DNA of 61,555 nucleotides from positions 1 to 61,555 of IMG/VR virus record IMGVR_UViG_3300032246_000804. The stretch is one strand, 5' to 3'. Below, one piece after another: positions 32,391 through 39,018 of the stretch. Origin of the DNA: a virus (taxonomy: Duplodnaviria; Caudoviricetes). The stretch's first letter is position 1, and every line of letters begins with the position of its first letter. The notes below the pieces were generated by a model, which saw only the letters and a program-made list of their open reading frames with translations, searched no databases and was not told where the DNA came from. Both the position numbers and the translations under genes were made by a program.

Positions 32391-32578
32391 TGTTGATTCC
32401 ATTTTTAGACGCTGAAACAGACGGCACAATCTTTGTAAATCCAAAACAAGTATCTGTTGTATTTGAAGGTAAAAATCCTGAAGGAATCCAACTAACAATG
32501 ATTAATTTGTTGAATGGTAATGTAGCAACACAAGAACCTCTATTAGAAGTTGTTGGTAAATTGCAGGCGGAAATGTAA
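32387..32578 (+). CDS. Small hypothetical protein
   Basis: 63-aa ORF (IFVNPKQVSVV), coupled to gp45. Confidence 0.55.
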   Translation: MMLIPFLDAETDGTIFVNPKQVSVVFEGKNPEGIQLTMINLLNGNVATQEPLLEVVGKLQAEM

Positions 32579-32579
32579 A

Positions 32580-32858
32580 ATGACTAATGCAGTACATACA
32601 CTTTTTGGCACATTTGACGAAAAACAACTAAAAGCCCTTAGGGGTTATGTTGATGAAATCGTTCTTTGCATGAATCGTACAAAATCAAACAATGAATCAA
32701 TTGCAGATATTTTAGAAATGGCAAACGATGAATTAAAACTTCCTAAGAAGATTGTTCGTAAAATTGCCAACTACGAATTCAAACAATCTCTTTCTTCTGA
32801 CTTTGCCGAATTCAAAGAAGTTGAAGCCTTGATTGAAGGCATCAAAGACGCAAAATGA
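32580..32858 (+). CDS. dsDNA-binding protein resembling T4 DsbA
   Basis: Helical pattern ESIADILEMANDELKLPKKIVRKIANYEFKQ resembles T4 DsbA; recognised from memory only. Confidence 0.55.
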   Translation: MTNAVHTLFGTFDEKQLKALRGYVDEIVLCMNRTKSNNESIADILEMANDELKLPKKIVRKIANYEFKQSLSSDFAEFKEVEALIEGIKDAK

Positions 32859-33040
32859 AAAATTCATCACCATACTTGGTAGATTCTAATTTATACACAG
32901 TTATTAGCAGTCCGCCTTGTGTGGGTTATTACCAAATTGGTGGTCAATACGGTCTTCGTATCGCATTCAGTAAAAAACCAATATGGTTACATCGTAAGAT
33001 GATGTTTCTATGTCTTGGTTGGATGTGGATTGACGCTTGA
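32855..33040 (+). CDS. Small hypothetical protein
   Basis: 61-aa ORF with ATGA overlap. Confidence 0.5.
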   Translation: MKNSSPYLVDSNLYTVISSPPCVGYYQIGGQYGLRIAFSKKPIWLHRKMMFLCLGWMWIDA

Positions 33041-33049
33041 TTTTTTTAG

Positions 33050-33078
33050 TTGACACGAACAAAGTTTTGTGTTATACT
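33050..33078 (+). promoter_or_regulatory. Sigma70-like promoter upstream of gp44
   Basis: TTGACA-N17-TATACT with TG extension. Confidence 0.8.
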
Positions 33079-33106
33079 ATATTTTTTTATATTATGGAGT
33101 TTGTGA

Positions 33107-34039
33107 ATGTCCGATCACATGTTGTGGGTTGAGAAGTATCGCCCAAAAACTATTGAAGATTGTATTCTTCCGGATTCACTGAAGGCAACATTTCAGGAAT
33201 TCGTCAACCATAAAGAGATTCCCAATCTCTTGTTGTCTGGCACCGCAGGTGTCGGTAAAACTACTGTTGCAAGAGCATTATGTTTGGAAGTTGGTTGTGA
33301 TTATATCGTAATCAATGGTTCTGATGAAAATGGTGTTGACACTATCCGCGTTAAGATTAAGAATTATGCTTCGTCTGTTTCACTCATGGGTGGCCGTAAA
33401 GTAATCATTCTTGATGAGGCAGATTATCTAACACCAAACGCACAAGCGATTCTACGTGCATCCATTGAAGAATTTGCATCTAACTGTTCGTTCATCTTTA
33501 CTTGTAACTTCAAGAACAGGATCATCGATCCAATTCATTCTCGTTGTACTTGTATCGACTTTAAACTGAATGGTTCTAAAGCTACTATGGCATCTAAGTT
33601 TTTCAAACGTGTGGAGAACATCCTTACATTAGAAAACATTAAGTATGACAAAGAAGTTGTCGCTGCATTAATCACCAAACACTTTCCTGATAATCGTAGG
33701 ATTCTAAATGAACTTCAACGTTTTTCTGTTTCAGGTGTTATTGATAAGGGAATTCTTGGTTCTGTTGCTGATGTTCAGATTACTGGACTAATTAAAGCAT
33801 TGAAAGAAAAAGACTTTGCAGCTGCACGTAAGTGGGTTACACAGAATATTGATAATGATGCGACTAAAATTTATCGTAAGATTTATGATAGTCTCTATGA
33901 ATTGTTGCAACCAAATTCTGTTCCACAGTTGGTTCTACATCTTGCAAAATATCAATATCAGTCTGCCTTTGTTGCTGACCACGAAATCAATATGATTGCT
34001 TGTCTGACAGAAATTATGGTGGACTGTTCTTTTAAATAA
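33107..34039 (+). CDS. gp44: Clamp loader large subunit gp44
   Basis: LWVEKYRP, GTAGVGKTT, ILDEAD, IHSRC. Confidence 0.97.
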   Translation: MSDHMLWVEKYRPKTIEDCILPDSLKATFQEFVNHKEIPNLLLSGTAGVGKTTVARALCLEVGCDYIVINGSDENGVDTIRVKIKNYASSVSLMGGRKVIILDEADYLTPNAQAILRASIEEFASNCSFIFTCNFKNRIIDPIHSRCTCIDFKLNGSKATMASKFFKRVENILTLENIKYDKEVVAALITKHFPDNRRILNELQRFSVSGVIDKGILGSVADVQITGLIKALKEKDFAAARKWVTQNIDNDATKIYRKIYDSLYELLQPNSVPQLVLHLAKYQYQSAFVADHEINMIACLTEIMVDCSFK

Positions 34040-34054
34040 TGATGGAGAATTGGT

Positions 34055-34522
34055 ATGAAGTGGATGACACAAGAAGAAAAGATGAATGAACTCGGACTTG
34101 CTGGTGAAAAGATTGTTACCAACATGTTGAATTCTCTTGGTTCAAATCTGAATATTGAACATTCTGTAGACAAGTATGACCGTGAAAAAGATATGCTTGT
34201 CAATGGATATAAAGTTGAAGTTAAGACACAAGTTCCTTTTGTTATGAAGAATGCTTTCACATTTTTACCCAAACAACTTAATAAGTGTCGGGGTGTGGAC
34301 GTTCTTTATTTTGTTTCTGTTCCTCCACCAAGGAATGAAGATAAGTGGGCAGGATGGATCTTTAGAGCAGATCCAAAAAACTTTAAAACAACATCTTATA
34401 CCACTAAAGATGGTCGTAATATGATTTTAGTTCCCCGTGGACAAGAAGCTTTGATTCCAATCCAAAAGATGTCAGATGAAGAAATAAAAGTCTTGATGCA
34501 ATATACAGTTTCGAATTTTTAA
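34055..34522 (+). CDS. Hypothetical protein with PD-(D/E)XK nuclease-like motif
   Basis: GLAGEKIV...KDMLVNGYKVEVKT. Confidence 0.5.
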   Translation: MKWMTQEEKMNELGLAGEKIVTNMLNSLGSNLNIEHSVDKYDREKDMLVNGYKVEVKTQVPFVMKNAFTFLPKQLNKCRGVDVLYFVSVPPPRNEDKWAGWIFRADPKNFKTTSYTTKDGRNMILVPRGQEALIPIQKMSDEEIKVLMQYTVSNF

Positions 34523-34523
34523 T

Positions 34524-34931
34524 ATGCCAGATTTATTCAAAGAGATTATTCCTTCCATTCTCCAGACTAAGAAGAATGTGTTTGAAGGTCAGTACTATGA
34601 CGATTATAAACCCTTCTTGATTAATCGTTCTTTATCTTATCACATGGATTGTGTACTGTATGCCAGTGAAATGAATAATTATCCAGAACTTGATAAAGAT
34701 ATGCAATATCACTATTTTCTAAATACTATTAGACCAATGAAACGGAAATTTCAACCGTGGCAAAAATCAGAGGTCCTAAAAGATTTAGAATGCGTGAAGA
34801 TACATTTTGGTTATTCAAATGAAAAAGCCAAAGAAGCCCTCCGTATCCTTAATGAAGAACAACTCGCTGAAATAAGAGCAAAAACAAATAAAGGCGGAAT
34901 TAATAATGATAGGAATACAGGACTTAGTTGA
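34524..34931 (+). CDS. gp62: Clamp loader small subunit gp62
   Basis: YKPFLINRSLS, MQYHYFLN, FGYSNEKAKEAL. Confidence 0.93.
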   Translation: MPDLFKEIIPSILQTKKNVFEGQYYDDYKPFLINRSLSYHMDCVLYASEMNNYPELDKDMQYHYFLNTIRPMKRKFQPWQKSEVLKDLECVKIHFGYSNEKAKEALRILNEEQLAEIRAKTNKGGINNDRNTGLS

Positions 34932-35310
34932 AGTAACTTTAACACAACCAGACGATTTTCTAAAAGTACGTGAGACATTAACTAGAATAGGTGTCGCTTC
35001 TAAGAAGGACCAAACATTATTCCAATCTTGCCACATATTGCACAAACAAGGCAAATATTACATTGTACATTTTAAAGAATTATTTGCATTAGACGGTAAA
35101 CCAACAGACTTATCAGAAAACGATTTAGCTCGTAGAAATGCAATTGCAATACTTTTGGAAGATTGGGGATTAATTAAGATTGTAAATGAATCTCAAGTCC
35201 AACAACCTGAACCAATTTACATTTCACAAATTAAAATTTTATCACATAAAGATAAAAATGATTGGCAATTAATACCAAAATATAACATTGGTTCTAAGAA
35301 AAAGATATAA
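34906..35310 (+). CDS. regA: Translational repressor RegA
   Basis: DDFLKVRETLTRIGVAS, QSCHILHKQGKYYIVHFKELF. Confidence 0.97.
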   Translation: MIGIQDLVEVTLTQPDDFLKVRETLTRIGVASKKDQTLFQSCHILHKQGKYYIVHFKELFALDGKPTDLSENDLARRNAIAILLEDWGLIKIVNESQVQQPEPIYISQIKILSHKDKNDWQLIPKYNIGSKKKI

Positions 35311-35313
35311 ATA
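35306..35313 (+). promoter_or_regulatory. T4-type late promoter TATAAATA
   Basis: Exact consensus overlapping the regA stop codon. Confidence 0.7.
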
Positions 35314-35321
35314 CTAATAAC

Positions 35322-35468
35322 ACGGCGGGTGCCCATGCGGACCCGTTCTTCAAACCCACCTTAGGGCCGTTTGATGCTACGGTAAAAGGCGTCCGGGCAA
35401 TTGCACTGCCACCCGTTAGTTGGCCCTGTATTAAGTAAGCAGGATTATCGTTGCGCCTTCGGGGTAAC
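35322..35468 (+). ncRNA. GC-rich structured RNA / hsp20 5' leader, family unknown
   Basis: Hairpins CGGGT/ACCCG, CCGT/ACGG, CGGG/CCCG, CCTG/CAGG and a UUCG hairpin, in an AT-rich genome. Confidence 0.55.
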
Positions 35469-35478
35469 AAATTATTAA

Positions 35479-35492
35479 CTCGCTTTTAGGAG
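35479..35492 (+). promoter_or_regulatory. ROSE-like RNA thermometer hairpin masking the hsp20 SD
   Basis: CUCGCU-UUU-AGGAG: U(U/C)GCU motif pairs with the SD and leaves a bulged G. Confidence 0.55.
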
Positions 35493-35498
35493 AAAAAT

Positions 35499-35939
35499 AT
35501 GACATACATTAAAGATGTATTTGGTAATGACCTTTTTGGTAAACTTCAACCTTTCACGGTTGGATTTGACGAAACAATGGAACTGTTACGCAAAACAGCT
35601 GAACAAACACAGAAATCCGTTGGATATCCTCCATATAATATCAAGCAAGTAAAAGAAAACAAGTACGTCATTGAAATGGCTGTTGCTGGTTTTGCTAAGA
35701 CTGACCTTGAAATTACCATGGACGGAAATAAACTTCTTGTCAAAGGTGCAACAAAAGATGATGATGGTGAAGAATTCCTGTACAAAGGTATTGCTAACCG
35801 TGCATTTGAACGTGCATTTACTTTGAACGACAAAGTTGAAATCAAAGACGCTGAATTGGTAAATGGTATGTTGAAAATTTGGTTGGAAAACATTGTGAAA
35901 ACTCAAGACGCCATTAAGAAAATTGGCATCAAGGAGTAA
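35499..35939 (+). CDS. hsp20: Small heat-shock protein Hsp20 (IbpA-like)
   Basis: YPPYNI, IEMAVAGF, FLYKGIANRAFERAFTL, AELVNGML. Confidence 0.95.
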   Translation: MTYIKDVFGNDLFGKLQPFTVGFDETMELLRKTAEQTQKSVGYPPYNIKQVKENKYVIEMAVAGFAKTDLEITMDGNKLLVKGATKDDDGEEFLYKGIANRAFERAFTLNDKVEIKDAELVNGMLKIWLENIVKTQDAIKKIGIKE

Positions 35940-35944
35940 TCAAA

Positions 35945-36115
35945 ATGAAATCAATTTTATCTTATTTCCAAAAAATATTTGGAGATTTCAATAAGCCACA
36001 AACTTATGGATCCGCGTTAGAAGAATATATTATGAGACATTCACCACAAACTTCATGTGATGTGGATCGTTTGACTCGTCAATTTGAAATTCGACATTCC
36101 GGAAGAGGCTGGTAA
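35945..36115 (+). CDS. Small hypothetical protein (56 aa; not in the ORF track)
   Basis: AAGGAG SD; MKSILSYFQKIF...ALEEYIMRHSPQTSCDVDRLTRQFE...RGW. Confidence 0.65.
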   Translation: MKSILSYFQKIFGDFNKPQTYGSALEEYIMRHSPQTSCDVDRLTRQFEIRHSGRGW

Positions 36116-36130
36116 CTTGACGGGAGGGGC

Positions 36131-36159
36131 TTGACAAAGCTCCTCCTTTGTGTTATAGT
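36131..36159 (+). promoter_or_regulatory. Sigma70-like promoter embedded in a terminator-like hairpin
   Basis: TTGACA-N17-TATAGT; hairpin GGAGGGGCTT-GACA-AAGCTCCTCC-TTT. Confidence 0.75.
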
Positions 36160-36168
36160 GTGTACATC

Positions 36169-36372
36169 ATGAAAAAACTTGAACAAAAACCAATCAAACT
36201 ACGTAACAAATTGAACCCGTTAGAGTTCTACTGGACCTTTTCGTCTTGGGGTATGGAACAAATTGACGGTGTTGATTTCTTACCTGTAACTAAATTCGAC
36301 CCGTCGGATAATAAAACCCATCAATTATATCGGATTCGTAAAGACTCCTTGGAGAAAGTGAAAAATGGCTGA
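36169..36372 (+). CDS. Hypothetical protein
   Basis: ATG just downstream of the promoter; overlaps the next gene. Confidence 0.6.
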   Translation: MKKLEQKPIKLRNKLNPLEFYWTFSSWGMEQIDGVDFLPVTKFDPSDNKTHQLYRIRKDSLEKVKNG

Positions 36373-36655
36373 TAAAAAATTATACATTGTTGAAACTATT
36401 TCTATGTTTCGTATGCGTTATGTTGTAGAAGCTTTAGAAGAAGAACATGCACAAGATGAAGTTGTTTGCGGAGTTGGAAATACTGATTTTCAGGAATTTT
36501 CACAACATCATGTTGATGAAGTGATTACAAGTAGCCGTGAAATTTCAAAAGAAGAATATATAAAAATGTTTGATAAAGACAATGATTATATGCAATCATG
36601 GTCAGAAGAACAAAAAATGTCTCTTATCAATAAAATTGATTACGACAAGGGATAA
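36365..36655 (+). CDS. Hypothetical acidic protein
   Basis: YIVETISMFRMRYVVEA...EFSQHHVDE. Confidence 0.65.
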   Translation: MADKKLYIVETISMFRMRYVVEALEEEHAQDEVVCGVGNTDFQEFSQHHVDEVITSSREISKEEYIKMFDKDNDYMQSWSEEQKMSLINKIDYDKG

Positions 36656-36664
36656 ATAATTCTC

Positions 36665-36739
36665 CTGGCGTTCGTTCAACGGATAGGACATGATTCTTCT
36701 AAAGTCATTATAGAGGTTCGATTCCTCTACGCCGGACCA
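36665..36739 (+). tRNA. tRNA-Arg(TCT)
   Basis: Cloverleaf; anticodon loop CTTCTAA; GTTCGATT; encoded CCA. Confidence 0.92.
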
Positions 36740-36744
36740 GATAA

Positions 36745-36819
36745 GCGACTGTAGCATAGCGGTAGTGCCGGGAACTCATAATTCCTACGGGGGAGGTTCG
36801 AATCCTCTCGGTCGCACCA
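36745..36819 (+). tRNA. tRNA(CAT), probably Ile2 (lysidine type), otherwise Met
   Basis: Cloverleaf; anticodon loop CTCATAA; paired 1:72; CCA. Confidence 0.85.
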
Positions 36820-36833
36820 TTAATATTAAAAAT

Positions 36834-37247
36834 ATGAGACAAAAATTTATTGATGCGTACATGGATGTTGCAAAAAGATTTGCCGCATTATCGTCCGCAA
36901 AGCGCCTACAAGTAGGTGCTATTATTGTGAAAGATGATAGAATCATTTCTATTGGTTATAATGGAATGCCTGCTGGATGGACAAATGAATGTGAAGATGA
37001 AGAAGGTGTGACTAAGCTTGAAGTGATTCATGCAGAAGCAAATGCTATTGCAAAATTGGCTAAGTCTTCCGAGTCTGGTGATGGTGCCACGATGTTCTTA
37101 ACGCACGCTCCTTGCATTCATTGTGCTAAACAGATATACACAGCAGGCATCAAACAAGTTTACTTTGGAATACCTTATCGTGATGAATCTGGAATTGCTT
37201 TTTTATTAAAATGTGGAGTAAATGTTTGGTCAGACCATAAGACTTAA
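36834..37247 (+). CDS. cd: dCMP deaminase
   Basis: QVGAIIV, IGYNG, HAEANAI, PCIHC; ATG at 36834 lies after the tRNA. Confidence 0.93.
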   Translation: MRQKFIDAYMDVAKRFAALSSAKRLQVGAIIVKDDRIISIGYNGMPAGWTNECEDEEGVTKLEVIHAEANAIAKLAKSSESGDGATMFLTHAPCIHCAKQIYTAGIKQVYFGIPYRDESGIAFLLKCGVNVWSDHKT

Positions 37248-37272
37248 ATAAATACAAATAAAAGGGCCCGTT

Positions 37273-37779
37273 ATGTTTTTAAAAATTATTGGTTGTCCTG
37301 ATCCAGAATTTAAGCCGTTTTTGACTCGGTCTGCACACTATTTTGCTGAAAAATTATTCAGTAAACAATTATCACCACACATATTTGTCGTTGTTAAGTT
37401 TGATAAAAAGATGATAGACCATGGTAGTTGTGAAGTTACTGGCGATAATATAAAAAATAAACCTAGAGAGTTTTTAATTCACATAAAAGAAGGCCTTGGT
37501 GCTCCTTCAACATTTAGAACCATGGCTCATGAATTGGTTCATGTGAAACAATTTGCTTATGGTCATACTAATGATACTTTGACTGTCTGGCATAAGAAAG
37601 AAATAGATTCAGAAAATTTAGATTATTGGTTTCATCCTTGGGAAATTGAAGCTTATGGGTTAGAAACCTGTTTGGTTTCAAAGTTTGCAATTAAAGAAAA
37701 GTTGTGGGAAGTTTTTGAAGAATTTAAAAATCCAGATGATCCTGAAAAATATCAAGAAATAAAATGGAAAATTTCATAA
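37273..37779 (+). CDS. Zincin-like metallopeptidase
   Basis: AHELVHVKQ (HExxH), PWEIEAY. Confidence 0.75.
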   Translation: MFLKIIGCPDPEFKPFLTRSAHYFAEKLFSKQLSPHIFVVVKFDKKMIDHGSCEVTGDNIKNKPREFLIHIKEGLGAPSTFRTMAHELVHVKQFAYGHTNDTLTVWHKKEIDSENLDYWFHPWEIEAYGLETCLVSKFAIKEKLWEVFEEFKNPDDPEKYQEIKWKIS

Positions 37780-37782
37780 TCC

Positions 37783-37790
37783 ACTAAATA
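37783..37790 (+). promoter_or_regulatory. Late promoter-like motif (ACTAAATA) upstream of the leader ORF
   Basis: Same CTAAATA variant occurs at 21366 and 44522. Confidence 0.45.
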
Positions 37791-37832
37791 AGTTGTATAT
37801 ATAATTTTATAGATTAAATTTTCGGAGTTATA

Positions 37833-37940
37833 GTGTCCCAGTTCCTCAAATCCTTATCGTCAACATGTGAGTATCGCACACCCTTTATTGGTAGCGATAA
37901 TCAACCATGGGCGCATGTAGGAGGTTGTGGAGTACGGTAA
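37833..37940 (+). CDS. Putative attenuator leader peptide (35 aa) MSQFLKSLSSTCEYRTPFIGSDNQPWAHVGGCGVR
   Basis: GGAG SD at 37824-37827, GTG start, TAA at 37938; its 3' end is complementary to the 5' arm of the downstream terminator. Confidence 0.65.
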   Translation: MSQFLKSLSSTCEYRTPFIGSDNQPWAHVGGCGVR

Positions 37941-37968
37941 CAGACTAGAAAACTAAACCAGATTCCAC

Positions 37969-38000
37969 AAACCTCACAACGAAAGTTCTGAGGTTTTTTT
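37969..38000 (+). terminator. Intrinsic terminator with an overlapping antiterminator option
   Basis: AAACCTCACAAC-GAAA-GTTCTGAGG-TTTTTTT. Confidence 0.85.
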
Positions 38001-38023
38001 GTTGTTCCTATACAACAAATGTA

Positions 38024-38052
38024 TTGACAGAGGCATCGACTTCTGTTATACT
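38024..38052 (+). promoter_or_regulatory. Sigma70-like promoter, tRNA unit 1
   Basis: TTGACA-N17-TATACT with TG extension. Confidence 0.85.
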
Positions 38053-38060
38053 CGGTTTTC

Positions 38061-38106
38061 GGTTGAGAAATCAACCAAATGTTCTTTAACAAGTTAAGTG
38101 TAATTT
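38061..38106 (+). promoter_or_regulatory. boxB-like hairpin plus boxA antitermination element, copy 1
   Basis: GGTTGA-GAAA-TCAACC, then TGTTCTTTAACAA (E. coli rrn boxA is TGCTCTTTAACA). Confidence 0.75.
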
Positions 38107-38180
38107 ACGGGTGTTGTGTAATGGTAGCACATCAGACTTTGACTCTGAGAGCAGAGGTTCGATACCTTTCACCCGTTCCA
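38107..38180 (+). tRNA. tRNA-Gln(TTG)
   Basis: Cloverleaf; loop CTTTGAC; CCA. Confidence 0.9.
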
Positions 38181-38258
38181 TATAAAAACACATTGTCCTA
38201 GGCTGTGACCTAGTCCATCAGAAGTCCTTAGAGACAGAAACAATGTGTTTCTATATGG
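38178..38258 (+). ncRNA. Long-stem-closed structured element 1
   Basis: CCATATAAAAACACATTGT ... ACAATGTGTTTCTATATGG terminal inverted repeat with internal hairpins. Confidence 0.5.
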
Positions 38259-38265
38259 TATTTTT

Positions 38266-38353
38266 GGAAGAGTGGGTGAGTGGTTTAAACCAGCAGTCTT
38301 GAAAACTGCCGACTGTAAAAGGTCCCTGAGTTCGAATCTCAGTTCTTCCACCA
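38266..38353 (+). tRNA. tRNA-Ser(TGA)
   Basis: Long variable arm; loop CTTGAAA; CCA. Confidence 0.93.
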
Positions 38354-38359
38354 AACATT

Positions 38360-38446
38360 GGAGAGTGGGCTGGATGGTAAGGCACCGGATTGCTAATCCG
38401 ACGCTGCGAAAGTGGCGAGTGGGTTCGACTCCCACACTCTCCGCCA
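38360..38446 (+). tRNA. tRNA-Ser(GCT)
   Basis: Long variable arm; loop TTGCTAA; G73; CCA. Confidence 0.93.
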
Positions 38447-38451
38447 AATAT

Positions 38452-38527
38452 GTACGTGTGACCCGAACGGTGAGGGAGGTGATTGCAAACCACCAGTATG
38501 CAGGTTCGAGCCCTGTCACGTACTCCA
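38452..38527 (+). tRNA. tRNA-Cys(GCA)
   Basis: Loop TTGCAAA; U73; CCA. Confidence 0.9.
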
Positions 38528-38581
38528 TTCTCTATTTGCGAATGGCGAATGTTGTTTTTTGCAACACTATGAAAATAGTTG

Positions 38582-38609
38582 TTGACAAATTGTATGGTTG
38601 TGATATACT
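38582..38609 (+). promoter_or_regulatory. Sigma70-like promoter, tRNA unit 2
   Basis: TTGACA-N16-TATACT with TG extension. Confidence 0.8.
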
Positions 38610-38619
38610 CCATGCATAC

Positions 38620-38661
38620 GTTGAGAAATCAACATGTTCTTTAACAAGTTAAGTGTAATTT
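38620..38661 (+). promoter_or_regulatory. boxB-like hairpin plus boxA antitermination element, copy 2
   Basis: GTTGA-GAAA-TCAAC, then TGTTCTTTAACAAGTTAAGTGTAATTT identical to copy 1. Confidence 0.75.
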
Positions 38662-38664
38662 TGT

Positions 38665-38739
38665 GCTCCTGTCGTCTACTGGCTAGGACGCTGCCCTTTC
38701 AAGGCGGAAAAGACGGATCGAAACCGTTCAGGAGTACCA
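38665..38739 (+). tRNA. tRNA-Glu(TTC)
   Basis: Loop CTTTCAA; CCA. Confidence 0.92.
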
Positions 38740-38849
38740 TATTAAAGCATACTACAGGTTGGGTTAGATTCGCGGTCTAACTATTTGGGTGTCATAGACT
38801 AGGTAATTACTAGTACCGGCACTAAGATACGCAGTGTGTTTTAATATGG
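38737..38849 (+). ncRNA. Long-stem-closed structured element 2
   Basis: CCATATTAAAGCATACT ... AGTGTGTTTTAATATGG stem with G-U pairs; inner hairpins GTTAGA/TCTAAC and ACTAG/CTAGT. Confidence 0.5.
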
Positions 38850-38855
38850 TAATAT

Positions 38856-38929
38856 GGGGGTATAACTTAGTGGTAAAGTAGTAGGCTTTTAACCTATTAA
38901 CCAGAGTTCAATTCTCTGTGCCCCTACCA
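38856..38929 (+). tRNA. tRNA-Lys(TTT)
   Basis: Loop CTTTTAA; CCA. Confidence 0.92.
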
Positions 38930-38938
38930 AAGATTTTT

Positions 38939-39015
38939 GCCTTGGTGACGGAATTGGTATACGTACTGGTCTTAGAAACCAGGTTTTGCGAGTTCGAGTC
39001 TCGCCTAAGGCACCA
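38939..39015 (+). tRNA. tRNA-Leu(TAG) with short variable loop
   Basis: Loop CTTAGAA; A73; 5-nt variable region; CCA. Confidence 0.88.
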
Positions 39016-39018
39016 AAT

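Noticed and set aside
36765-36833. N-terminal extension of dCMP deaminase in the ORF track
   Set aside because: It overlaps the tRNA(CAT) gene; ATG at 36834 is the plausible start.
37901-38092. 63-aa minus-strand ORF over the attenuator region
   Set aside because: It runs antisense across the promoter, boxA and terminator with no evident SD or motif; the + strand signals explain the sequence.
38196-38262. Hairpin- or hammerhead-ribozyme-like words (AGAAGTC, AGAAACA; CTGATG on the minus strand)
   Set aside because: The remaining core motifs (GUAUAUUAC; CUGAUGA with GAAA) are not present in the required arrangement.
38061-38661. Direct repeats as a CRISPR array
   Set aside because: Only two copies about 560 nt apart with tRNAs between them and no cas genes; better explained as boxB/boxA cassettes.
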